A stretch of DNA of 64,000 nucleotides, taken from the NCBI GenBank assembly GCA_965261595.1, contig CBDHDG010000003.1, positions 96,001 to 160,000 of the forward strand, given 5' to 3'. Under the pieces are notes generated by a model, which saw nothing but the letters and a program-made list of their open reading frames with translations, had not been told where the DNA came from and did not search any database. This document shows, in pieces, positions 52,427 to 63,599 of this stretch. Source of the stretch: a bacterium (lineage in GTDB: Bacteria; UBA8248; JACPRG01; G963555815). A program made the translations under genes and the position numbers. The number at the start of each line of letters is the position of its first letter. The stretch's first letter is position 1.

Positions 52427-53266
52427 CTATCCTCTCTCTTTCAGGATGCGGTATATCCGTTGGACGCTTGCGGATTCCACATCGTCGCGGATTTCCTCGT
52501 AATTTTCATCCTGAACGCAAAGATCCTGAAATTTCACAGTGGCGGCCGCTTCCTCTTCCGAGAGCCCGCGGTCCATCGCGTCGCGTACTCGGGAGAGCAC
52601 CCCCTGGATCTTCTCCTCCATCAGACCGATGCTTTCCTTCCCGCAGACCGGGCCATGGCCGGGGACGATCCGGTCCACATCCAGGGCCTTGAGCCGCTCC
52701 AGGGATTGAAGCCACTCGAAGGGGTCCGAGTCGTGGAACCAGATGAGAAAATCGACGAACAGATTGTCGGTCGCGAAGAGCACGCCCCGGTCCGGAATGT
52801 AGACCGCCGTTTGTCCCTCCGTGTGGCCGGGCGTATGAAGGAGCTGGATTTCCGACTCGCCGACGTAGAGGGTCATGTCGCGGGAGAACGTGATTTCGGG
52901 GGCGCGGGGTTTGTAAACGCCCGCGATGCGTACGCCTTCCGGGTCGACTTCTTCAATCCAAGGACCGGCTCCGTCAATCCCGAAACCCCACATGGAGGAC
53001 ACCTTGTAAAAATTCTCATTTGTGGCGTCATGCGCCGCCACAATTCCTTCGTAATAAGGATTTCCCATCGTGTGATCCCAGTGGTACTCGGTGTTGATGA
53101 GCCATCGGACCGGGCCATGCGCGGAGATCTCCGCTTTCCAGCCGGGCCAGTCCGTCGGCTTTTGCGGTGTGTCCACCATCACCACGCCGTCACGGGTCAC
53201 AATGAAGCCCGGATTACATCCGAAATAATTCGTTTCGGCGAATATGCCTTTCACGACTTCTTCCAT
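52427..53266 (-). CDS. MBL-fold metallo-hydrolase (cyclase-like)
   Basis: NTEYHWDHTMGN, PGHT.G and VPGHG. Confidence 0.88.
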   Translation of the reverse strand: MEEVVKGIFAETNYFGCNPGFIVTRDGVVMVDTPQKPTDWPGWKAEISAHGPVRWLINTEYHWDHTMGNPYYEGIVAAHDATNENFYKVSSMWGFGIDGAGPWIEEVDPEGVRIAGVYKPRAPEITFSRDMTLYVGESEIQLLHTPGHTEGQTAVYIPDRGVLFATDNLFVDFLIWFHDSDPFEWLQSLERLKALDVDRIVPGHGPVCGKESIGLMEEKIQGVLSRVRDAMDRGLSEEEAAATVKFQDLCVQDENYEEIRDDVESASVQRIYRILKERG

Positions 53267-53363
53267 GATTTTCCTTTCCAAAATTGGATGAAGTCCCGCA
53301 TTCTAACATGCCGTCGGCGCTTCTCCCCCCCCCCTCCCCCCCCCAACGCGAAATGCGCGAAGC

Positions 53364-55180
53364 CTATCGAAATGCGGGGGGGGGCTTCGCGCGGTTGAAA
53401 GAAAGGGAGGGTGCCAGGGCATTGTAGATGGTTCTCGCGAGGACGTAGAGGCCGAAGCCCTGGAACAGATTCACGAAGGGTTCCACGGTGAAACGCCACC
53501 ACTCGTTGTTTTCCGTCAAGAGATGGATGAGGGTCTTGTACCCGATGAGCAGATAGAGCGGGGAGAGCGCCTTGGCGTCCGCCCGGCTCGTCCATACACC
53601 CAGCAGGAACAGGACCGTAAGGAACGCGCCGATGAAATGAATCAGCCGCTCGTTTCGGACCCAATAGACGAAGGCCGGATTGAAGACGTATCGCTTCCAG
53701 TTCCAGAAGGTGTAGAAGTTGTAGGCGAGGTCGGTCCCGAGCGCCTGAAGCGTCGTCAAGGGATGCCTGACCGCGAACCGTCCGAATGCTTGAAGGAATT
53801 GGGGATCGATGGTCTTCAGCGGCGTAGACTTGACATGCATTTGGAGAGAACGGAGTCCGTACTGGGATTTGATGGTGTCCGGACTGTTCAGCTCGAACCG
53901 GCCGATGGAAACGTAGTTCCTCGCCATCATCGGCAGAACGACCAGCAGGAACCCGAGGACCCAGGCGGCCAGAGTCCCGGCCTTTCGCGGCCGGATGAAC
54001 CTCCAGTGCCAGATGAGGCCTCCGATGAGGAACCACCGATATTCGGGCCGCGTCAAGACCAGCGCGCCCAGCAAAACCCCCGCGCCTCCCGCCCGCGAAA
54101 TCAGCCCTTTCTGTTTTCCCTCCTTCGAAAGATCCTGGAGGCGGCGCATCGTCCATATGAGGAGGGTGAGGAGAAGCAGGCCGAGTGTTTCCGAGCCGAG
54201 GTACGTCCCGTAGCCCACCAGATAGCCCCTGCCCGCAATCAGAAACGCGCCGATTCGCGCGGCGCTCCCTCCGAACCACCTCACCCCCATTTGAAAGAGG
54301 AGGACGATGGTCAAGGCGGCGATGGCGGCCTGGAGGATCCGGATCGTCCCGGGGCTGTGGCCGACAACCTTGTAAATCCCAAAGTAAAACAGGCTCGGCC
54401 CGGCGTTGTATTTGTAAAGTCATAGGCGTGGATCCAGGATGTTTGCCTGTCCTCCGGCGAGAAGCTAGGCCGTCTGGTCATACACCCCGCTGTCCGGGCC
54501 CGCCAGGAAGCGGGGGTCGAGGTCCGCGGCGTTCAGACCGAGGGCGAACGCCAAGCGGAGCCCGAAGGCGAACAAGCCGATCAGGACGGCGAAAGCCCGG
54601 TCGTCCTCCCGAAACAGAACCACCCAATTTCCGAGTGACCGCCGGAAGCGGGTCATCCTTCCGGCCCATGGACCCGCCCGAGAAAAACGCCGGCCCAGGA
54701 GTATCGCGACGAGGACCCCCGACACGATGATCAATGACTCGAAATTTCCCCGAATCGCTTTTTCAAGGATGGACCCCGCCAGGAAAAGGGGAATCGGGAG
54801 AAAGAACCCGAGCCTCCCTTCGCGTGTGGCCGGACCATCGTGTATGGGGCGGCCTGCCAGGCATCCCGCCACGATTCGAATGGACCCCATGGTCAGGACG
54901 ATGTAAAAAGTGAATATTCCCAGGACACCCGGAACTTCCCGAAGGTCCCCTGGCATCCAGCGGGGAGGGAGGCTTTCGCCCGGGGCCAGGAGGATGGCCA
55001 GTCCGGAAAGGGACAGGACCAGAAGAACGGCGCCCGGCATGGTCTCCCGCACGCTCAGGGAGTGCATCCATCTCCAGGCAAGGGTGTAGAGAACAAAAAA
55101 AACGAGGAATATCAGGACAAAAAACAACCCGAGCCAGGACTCGAAAAGAGAGCGGATGCGATCATTCGAACGAACGCCGC
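53364..55180 (-). pseudogene. Multi-TM GT-C (PMT/ArnT-like) glycosyltransferase with two in-frame stops; start uncertain
   Basis: DS.VYD..A*...L*..PG...F, SETL, LTRP and RN motifs; ORFs 54465..55493 and 53364..54314 share a frame. Confidence 0.75.
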
Positions 55181-55497
55181 CGCCGCGAGAGCCATCAAAG
55201 GCCCGAGCCGCCTTCGGTGTTGACCGGTGTCGCTTGATTGGAATGTGGAGTCCATGCTTCGCCCATTTGTGGATGAAAAACAGCGGCTTTCTTTTTCGGC
55301 CGCGTCCAGCTTTACCATGCGCCGAAGCGGAAAATCCGCCCCCGCCGCTCCCGGTTGCGAAGGCAAGCGCCCGACTACTGGGCCCGCCTCCCATGCGAGG
55401 TATGCTATCATGGGGAAGATGTGAACCGGAGCGGGCGCCTGCCCGGATCCCGGGAGTGGGTTCGGAATCCATCGCCATGTGAGGAAGATTCACGGGA

Positions 55498-55846
55498 ATG
55501 GGCCGCGTTGCCCGGCGCTATCTGAAGAATCTCAGTGCTGTGTGGCGCTTTCTCCTATCCCTCTCGGTGGTTTTGGCGCTGATTGCGGCGGGGGTTTGGG
55601 TGGCGGGGCGGATTCCGGCGACCACCCGGGTCGGCGTCAACTACGTTGTTATCCAGAAAGATATTTCCCTCCGTGAGAAGGCCGTCCATTTTCTCTCTCG
55701 CCACTTGACGATGCGGCGCTTGGCGAGCGACATCACCGGAAAAAAGCGAACGGCCGAGGAGAAGGCCCTGGCCATCCAGTCCTGGGTGGTCGAGAACATC
55801 ATGACGCCGGAGCGGGCCGGAAGGCTCCCCATCATCGACGACCATC
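55498..55846 (+). pseudogene. Membrane-anchored hypothetical (possibly transglutaminase-like) gene truncated by IS3
   Basis: N-terminal TM, then LASDIT....T.EEKALAI.SWV.ENI; reads into the IS end. Confidence 0.55.
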
Positions 55847-57117
55847 TGACCTGCCCCCCTGAAACCGGTCCGGTTTGAGAGTTAGGATTTTCGCACGGCT
55901 TTCGGGACTGGATTGGCCTAGAAAGGGGGCAGTGATGAGTCGGAAGCGATTCACCGCGGAGCAGATCATCCACAAGCTTCGTCAGGCCGAGGTGGAGTTG
56001 GCCAATGGGCAGAGGATGGCTCAGGTCTGCAAGACGCTGGGGATCTCCGAGCAGACCTATTACCGGTGGCGGCGGGAGTACGGAGGCCTGCGCCTGGACC
56101 AGGCGAAACGACTGAAGACACTGGAGCAGGAAAACGCCCGGCTAAAGAAGCTGGTGGCCGAGCAGGCCCTGGATAACGCCATCTTGAAGGAGGCCTCCCA
56201 GGGAAACTTCTGAGCCCGCCTGCGCGGCGGCGGGCGATGGAGCATGTGCGGGAGAAGCTGAGCGTGTCCGAACGTCGCGCCTGCCGGGTGCTGGGTCAGG
56301 CCCGCTCGACTCAGCGGCGCTCTGCCCAGGTCCCTGACGATGAGGCCCGTTTGGTGGCGCGGGTGACAGAGCTGGCGAGCGAGTACGGACGGTACGGCTA
56401 CCGGAGGATAACGGCTCTGTTGGAAAGAGAAGGCTGGCGAGTGAATCACAAGGGGGTGGAGCGGATCTGGCGCCAGGAAGGCCTGAAGGCGCCGAAGAGA
56501 CAGCCCAAGCGAGGGCGTTTATGGCTGAACGACGGCTCTTGTGTTCGCAAGCGTCCGTCTTATCGGAATCATGTGTGGTCCTACGACTTCCTGGCCGCGA
56601 GGACGCACGATGGGCGGCCTTTACGGATGCTGGCTGTGATGGATGAGTTGACCCGGGAGTGCTTGGCCCTTGATGTAGAGAGAAGACTCAACTCCGAGGA
56701 CGTCCTGGACCGCCTCACCGAGTTGTTCGTCCGGCGTGGCCTGCCGGCTTATATCCGCTCGGACAACGGGGCGGAGTTCACGGCGAATGCGGTGAGAGGG
56801 TGGCTCACCCGTCTTGGGGTGAGAACGCTTTACATCGAGCGGGGCAGTCCCTGGGAGAACGGCTATGTGGAGTCCTTCATCGGCAAGCTGCGCGATGAGC
56901 TGCTCAACGGGGAGATCTTCTACACCCTGACAGAGGCCAAGGTGTTGGTGGAGAGATGGCGACAACTCTACAACCGGGTAAGGCCCCATAGTGCCTTGGG
57001 CTACCGGCCCCCGGCGCCGGAGGCCATCGAACCAATGCCTCCGGGCATCCCTACACTTTCGGACATCGGGGAGCAGAGACTAACTCAAAAAGTGGTACAA
57101 CTTTAGGGGGCGGGTCA
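55847..57117 (+). mobile_element. IS3-family element, copy B (1271 bp, inverted relative to copy A)
   Basis: Near-identical to 28166..29436 with only a few substitutions; no TSD. Confidence 0.95.
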
Positions 57118-57637
57118 GTGGTGGGGTGTGCTGTACGCGGCTCACTTTCAGCTCTATCGGCGAAGTCTTCTTTATATCACCGCAGTCGAAAAGTTCTCTC
57201 TCTGGAGGACCGGAAATCCGATTCCGTCATTGGAGATTGACGATCGCTATCGGAAAAGATTTGAGGAGAACATTCTCGAGCTGATCCGGGTTTGTCGGTC
57301 AAACAAGGTGAAGTTGATCATCATTCTTCAGCCACTTGCCTTGAGCGAAGGCGTGGCCGAATTTCTGAGGGGAATGTCGTCGGATGAATTGGCGGGTCTG
57401 CTCCGAAGTGGAAAGTTCGCGGCCCAGGCCCAGGTCTTTCAATCCGTTCGGCAGAAAGTCCTGCTGGCCCGGTTGGTCGAATTCGCAAAAACCCATGGGC
57501 TTGCCGTCGTGAATCCGCTGCCGTTGTTCGAGGAGAACAAGGCGAAGGGAAGGGTCTTGTTCGAGGATATCGTTCACCTGACCCCGGAGGGGAATGCGCT
57601 GTTGGCGGACTTCATCGCTGGCGCCGGCCTGTTTTGA
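57118..57637 (+). pseudogene. SGNH/GDSL hydrolase C-terminal fragment
   Basis: F.ENI.ELI..CR, LFEDIVHLTPEGN (DxxH); 5' end missing at the IS. Confidence 0.7.
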
Positions 57638-57680
57638 GGGATGATTTCCTCCCATGTTTTTGACGGCGAGGTTCGATCTT

Positions 57681-58269
57681 TCACAGGATTTGGACATCCC
57701 AATCGTTCATGTGTACAATGGTCCCGGTCAGCACGTAGCCGGGACCGATAAAATGATATGTCTGGTTCGGCTTGAGCGGTTTTCCTTTGTAGAACAGGTA
57801 GGCTCCGCGTACGAAACTTTGGTTCCAATGAATTCTGGCTTGGATGCGTAACCGAACTCGGACGGGACGCGGGTCGGTCGCTTTGCGCGGAGGATGTGTC
57901 AGCGGTTCCGGGAGGGCCGCTCGGGTTTCTTTCGGCATTCCCTTCACGTCGATGATCTCGACGACTGTATGCCGGTCCCCGGTGTCCATGTGGCCCACGC
58001 GGATCTTCTTAGCCGTTTCCCCGTCGAGGTCCGGTAAGGAGCAGGAGCACGTCATCGATCACCGCCGGGACCGGTCTGAGAATTGTTCCGACCAGGATTT
58101 TCGTGGTGCGGACGGGTGTTGCGACCTCTCCTTTGACGGGACTGGAAGCGCTCCGGGCGCCGGGAAGCCGGAAAGACAGGAGAAGAAAAAGAGCGGTCAG
58201 GACCAGCATGAGGTCAAACAGGTGAACGGGCCCGCCTCCCAGCCTTCCACGCTCGTCGATCCATTTCAT
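57681..58269 (-). pseudogene. DUF4330-like membrane-anchored protein, frameshifted
   Basis: MKWIDERGRL...LFDL start; C-terminus YKGKPLKP...F....Y...GTI in another frame. Confidence 0.65.
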
Positions 58270-58554
58270 GGGAATCGCCTCTCCGGCTCTTTCCAAGGGG
58301 AGGGCGGAGATTGGGGGTGGGTCGGCCCGGTTGAATTCATGTCATCCATGTACACCTTGATCGCTCCCGGGACAAGCCACAAGGTTCCCGCCCGGCCCAC
58401 GATTCGCGGGTCAAGGATTTCCGGGGCGAATTCCGGACATCTTATCATCCACCAACCATTTCACCTCCCGTGAGCCGAACAATCGGAATTGGGATCGAAG
58501 AATTTTCCGGCAGGTGCGTTTATGGATCTTCCATGTGAGGGAGTAGGGAGAGCC

Positions 58555-59698
58555 GTGGAAAAGAGGGGGACATATTTTCTTTTCTCCGTCGCAACCGTCC
58601 TGGCGGTTCTGCTGATGGTGGAATTCAGCGCCCGTGTAATTTATTCATTCTATTATCGCGGTCCCGAGGCCCTGATGTATGGATTTCGCTATTCAAACCT
58701 TGGGGCCGTTGTCCGCGCCATTTCGAAAAAAAGAACAGGTGAATGGAATCGGAGAGAGAAAGAAAAGGTCGAAGCCGTTGGGAACGAAGAAGGTATCGGT
58801 CCGATCAATTCGTACGGTTTTGTAGGTCCGGAATTCCCGGTGCCAAACCCGAGGGGACATTTCGGATTGTTGCCTTGGGCGGCTCCACGACGCAGGGCAA
58901 GCTGGGAAGGACGGTCGAAAGAACTTACCCCTACACCAGATTTTTACAGGAAGTCTTCGATCGGGAAAAGAACAAAAGCACCTTGATGAGAAATGTCGAG
59001 GTGATCAACGCCGGACAAGCGGGAATGGATTTGAAGGGGATTTACCACCGACTGAAAGAGAAGGTGTTGCCACTCGATCCGGACCTGATCATACTTTCCA
59101 ATGGGTGGAACAACATTGTGCCTTTTACGCGCCTCGCCCTTCAGAGTGAACAACGAGTTGCGGTCTCCGTGATGACTCGCTTGTCTCGGTATAGTCTGTT
59201 CATTGTCGGGATGCGCACTCTCACGGGAAGGGTTTTTCATGGAGACCCTTCCCATTACTGGACTCGAGTCGATAGAGCGAAAATATCCCGGGCGATCGCG
59301 AATCATCCCGCCTTTCCGAGTTACAAGGCATCATTGTCGGAAGTCATCCGGTTGCTTCAGGAGAAGGCGATTTGCCTTCTCTTATGATTCGGCAACCCTA
59401 CAAATACCGGAAATTCCATTTCAATCCTCCGAACAGATTGTATTACCTGTATCCCATCATACACATTTACAAGATCCAGGTCGCTGCCTCGAAGATGTTT
59501 CGAGTTCCGGCGGTGGACGCGGAAGTGTTTTTCAATCAACTTCCTGAAAAGCGGACACTGTTCACTGATGTTATGCATATGACCCCGGAGGGATATGAAA
59601 AGTTGGCTCGCATCATTTATCGTTCGATCATAAATCATCGCTTGTTGGAGAAAAGAGGATGCGGAAGCGCGGGGTCGGACGAGCGACAGAGGCTTTGA
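58555..59698 (+). pseudogene. SGNH/GDSL hydrolase, split across three frames
   Basis: INSYGF.G.E, FRIVALGGSTT.G, EVINAG..G, GWN and LFTDVMHMTPEG. Confidence 0.8.
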
Positions 59699-59859
59699 TC
59701 GCCGGTCCTTTCTGCCGGGCCGGAACGGTGTCAAATCTTGAAGGAAGGTATGTATTCGCGGCGGGAATTGTATGATCTCGATGATTCAGCATGAATAAGT
59801 TCTGGATCCGGCTGATCGGTCGGCCCCTTCTGCGAAGGATTGTCGGGTTTTGCTTACAC

Positions 59860-60230
59860 CCAGATATCCCATATGGATCATAACTTTTGTCGGACCGGAG
59901 GACATTTTCTGGAGTAAAATCAATGCATGAGCCTCCCCGAGCCATCCTCTCGCGGGGTAATCCAATGGGTGAAGCGAAAAAGTGGGCGTTGAAGGTCCGT
60001 TTTGAGCGTCGGCTGAGGCTTGAGTTTCACGGAACCAGAATGACTTCGGATGCGGGATTGCTGGCCTGCCGAGAGGGATCAAGCACTGGTCGTTACGCGG
60101 CCTTCAGCTTAAGCTCCTCAAAATGGGCGGCCGGCTCGTGCGGTACGCCCGCCACATCACCTTCCAGTTGGCCGAGGTCGGTGTATCCAGGAAGACATTT
60201 GCCCTTATCTTGGAGAGAATCAAGCGATGA
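59860..60230 (+). mobile_element. Internally deleted IS1380-family derivative
   Basis: Left end similar to 27075; transposase N-terminus (MGEAK..FHG..MTSDAGLLA.RE) abuts its C-terminus (HWSL..LQLKL.KMG.RLVR.AR.ITFQLAEV). Confidence 0.8.
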
Positions 60231-60959
60231 TGCCCGGTGCCTGTCTAGCGACCCTAAGCGGAGTCCACACAAGGGCAAAATGACGAAGACTCCAAACCTG
60301 GTGGTCAAGCCCGTTTACACGCCGGCGCTGACATGGTTTTCCAATGGCGGATACCGCTCCGATCAGGGTTTCAGGCGCCCGAAATGGTGTTGACAGCCCC
60401 GGTAAAGAGGGCTCTAATTGAGTTAAAGAGCAACGGGTGGTCAATACAAGAGTTGTCTTGATTTAAACCGGGATTTCCCAGATGACCACTCTTAGCCATC
60501 CTGCGGTCCTCCTGTGTCATCAAAGTACCCCATTTTACTACAGATTCAGGGTCTCTTTGCAGAACCCTCTGCTCAATCGAGGGGCAACGGCCGTCCTAAA
60601 GCCGCAATCCCTTGAAAACCCAGCTCTACCGGCACACTCAGGGGAGTTCGGCACAGACTGATCCCCCGTCTCCACCACGTCACTAAGCTTCCGGGCCATC
60701 TGCTCCGTCATCCGGTATCTGGTACGGGAGGCGGTAACCACAACTGGACCGCCCCTGGGTTATTGGACACTCGGGTGAGGGTATTCGACCTCATGCGGCC
60801 TCCGCAACTTGAGCGAGTTTTTCCTGCCTTGCCTGGGCCGGCGTTCGGTAGCCGTAGCCCTCGAGAATCCAATGATGGTTGTACAGGTTCTTGAACTCAA
60901 GCAGCGCCCACCGCAGTTCCTCTACGGTGGCGAAAGAGCGCACCCACAGGAGATTCTCC

Positions 60960-62402
60960 GAGCCTGTCCCATTCATAGTTGAAGGTTGAGAAAAAGAGGT
61001 GGCGGTTCACTCCTGCCGACTCGTTTAGAATCGGGTTGGCAAACATTCAAAGAGGAGGAACCGCCATGAGTGAAGCTTACCAGATCATCGAGAAGAAAGA
61101 GACCCAAAGGTTGGCCGCCTTTGTGGCGGAGCACGGGCAGGCGTTTTTTCCTCTGGTGTCGCTGGTGGAGCAGTCCCAACTGGCGGTGGAGGACCTGATG
61201 GACGTCATGGGCCGGGCGGGCCTGGAGGCCGTGCTTTTGCTGTCGGCCAAGGGCTTGACGGGCGCGCCGCATCCAGGCAAGCGGGGTGGCGAGGTCCGCC
61301 GGCACGGCAGCCAGGGGGGCCGGGTGACCCTGAAGGGGCGCAAGCTGAAGGTGAGAAAGCCGCGGCTTCGCCGCCGGGGCCAGGGTCGGGGCGGGGAGGT
61401 GGAGGTGCCGGCGTATGCGGCCATGCAGGCCGACCCTGGGCTGGGGGAGCGGATGCTGGATTTGCTGATGCGAGGGGTCTCGACGCGGAACTACGCGGCC
61501 GTTCTTCCCGAGCTGGCCGAGACGGTGGGGGTGTCGAAGTCGGCCGTGAGCCGGGAGAGCATCGAGGCGGCCGAGGCGAAGCTGCGGCGTCTTTGTGAGC
61601 GGCGTTTTGACGACATCGACCTCCTCATCCTCTACCTGGACGGTCTGCGCTTCGGCGCGCATCACGTCATCGTGGCCGTTGGGGTGGACACACGGGGCCA
61701 AAAGCACGTTCTGGGCCTGAGGTCGGGCGCCACCGAGAACGCCACGGTCGTGACGGCGCTTCTTGAGGAGTTGGTGGAGCGCGGCGTGCGGCCCGGGCGG
61801 CGTCGGCTTTTCGTCATCGACGGCTCGAGGGCGCTTCGTGCGGCGATTGACCGGGTGTACGGGGACGACAATCCGGTGCAGCGGTGCCGCAACCACAAGG
61901 TGAAGAACGTGATGGACCACCTGCCCGAGGAGTTGAAGGACCCGGTGAAGGCGACGATGAAGGCGGCCTGGCGGCTGGCGCCGAAGGAGGGGATTGCCCG
62001 TCTGCGCAAGCAGGCCCGGTGGCTTCAGATCGAGCATCCGGACGCGGCCGCCAGCCTTTTGGAGGGTCTGGAGGAGATCTTCACCGTCAACCGCTTGGCT
62101 CTTCCGCCCGGCCTTCGGCGCTGCCTGGTGAGCACGAACCTGATCGAGAGTCCCTGTTCGGGGGTGCGGATGCGCACCCGGCGCGTCGGCCGCTGGCGGG
62201 ACGGGGCGATGGTGAAAAGGTGGGCCGCTTCCGCCTTCCTCGCCACCGAGAAGAACTTCCGTCGCCTGGACGGCTACCGGGACCTGTGGATCCTGAAGGC
62301 CGTTCTGGACGAGCCCCGCTTTGACACCCGAGAGGAGGTCGCATAAGGTGAACCACACACGGACCGCCGCCTCAAACCTTCAACTGAATTCGGGACACCC
62401 TC
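60960..62402 (+). mobile_element. IS256-family element with 8-bp TSD GATTCTCC
   Basis: IRs GAGCCTGTCCC..AGTTGAAGGTTGAG and CTCAAACCTTCAACT..GGGACACCCTC; TSD at 60952-60959 and 62403-62410. Confidence 0.95.
61066..62346 (+). CDS. IS256 family transposase
   Basis: GVSTR, LYLDG, FVIDG..AL, QRC..HK..N and STN.IES. Confidence 0.95.
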   Translation: MSEAYQIIEKKETQRLAAFVAEHGQAFFPLVSLVEQSQLAVEDLMDVMGRAGLEAVLLLSAKGLTGAPHPGKRGGEVRRHGSQGGRVTLKGRKLKVRKPRLRRRGQGRGGEVEVPAYAAMQADPGLGERMLDLLMRGVSTRNYAAVLPELAETVGVSKSAVSRESIEAAEAKLRRLCERRFDDIDLLILYLDGLRFGAHHVIVAVGVDTRGQKHVLGLRSGATENATVVTALLEELVERGVRPGRRRLFVIDGSRALRAAIDRVYGDDNPVQRCRNHKVKNVMDHLPEELKDPVKATMKAAWRLAPKEGIARLRKQARWLQIEHPDAAASLLEGLEEIFTVNRLALPPGLRRCLVSTNLIESPCSGVRMRTRRVGRWRDGAMVKRWAASAFLATEKNFRRLDGYRDLWILKAVLDEPRFDTREEVA

Positions 62403-63599
62403 GATTCTCCTTCAAGATGCGGATGAACCACTCACAGTAGCCATTTCCCTCGGGCGCCCGCACGAAGCTGGGCGAACTGGTCATGCCCAGGTAGGCGATC
62501 TCCCGCTGAAAGTCATCGGACAGATAGGCGGGGCCGTGGTCGTGACGAACTTTAAGCCCCTCGGCGACGTCCGCCTCCAAGCCGGCGAAGCGCTCGGCGA
62601 CCCCCTGCCGGATCGGCTCCAGGGCCTCGAAGCGGTTGCCGCTCTTGGCCGCATGGATCCCCACGCAGTCCACCGAGCAGTGATCCACCGCCACGAACAC
62701 CGAGGCCATCCCCTCCTCGGTGGTCACCGTCGTCGTCATGTCCGTGCCCCACATTCGGTCGGGCCGCTCGGTGCGGATGGTCCCGTTGTGGGCCTTGGGA
62801 CCTCGGGGTTTGCCCACCCGGTGGGGGGCCTGAAGCCCCGCCTCCCGCATCAGGCGACGCACCCGCTCCTTGCTGGTGCGGATGCCCGCGAAGCGCAGCC
62901 TCGCCCACACCTTGCGGTAGCCCTCGCCATGGAAGGGAGAGTCCTCCAGGACCTGCCGGATGTGGCCGAGGAGTTCCGCATCGGTGCACGGGCCCACAGG
63001 GCCGCGCTTATTGGGCGTGGGGCGTTCATGAACGGGGACCGCCTCTCGCCGCCGTTGCGCGTAGACCGTGGAGCGCGCCAAGCCCCAAAGGGCGCACACC
63101 CGCTTCAGGCCGTAGGCTCTGCCCGTGGAGGTGAAGCGGGCCTGACTCATCGCCTCCACCTCCTGCCGGCTAAAGGGCGGCCGGCCTCCAGGCGGTCGAT
63201 CTTCTCCCGCAGGACCTCGCCCTCCATCGTGAGTTCGCCCACCTTGGCCTTGAGCCGGGCGTTCTCCTCGTCCCGCTCATCCGCCGGGCGGGCTTTGAGC
63301 GCCGCCTCGCCCCCGCGAAGGAACGCCTCGCGCCAGGCGGAAAGCCGAGCCGCTGTCGTGCCCAACTCGCGGCAGAGCGTCTCCAGGCTCTCGCCCCGCA
63401 AAAGACGCAGGACCGCCTCCCGCTTGCGCTGGCAGGAGAACCGACCCCGCTCACTGCGATGCCCTGGGGCCTTGGCTCCGTTCGCCCTGCGGGCGCCCTC
63501 CGCCAAAGCCCCCTCTTGCTTTTGTTCGTTCATCGCGACACCCCTTTCTCCATGAATCATGGATCAATCGAGTGTCCAACAAAACCCTAGAGCGGGGGA

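Larger units (their letters stand above)
60745..63599 (-). mobile_element. IS3-family element (second type), copy 2, interrupted by IS256
   Basis: Same sequence as 37320..38723 but split at GATTCTCC; orfA at 63147..63560. Confidence 0.93.
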
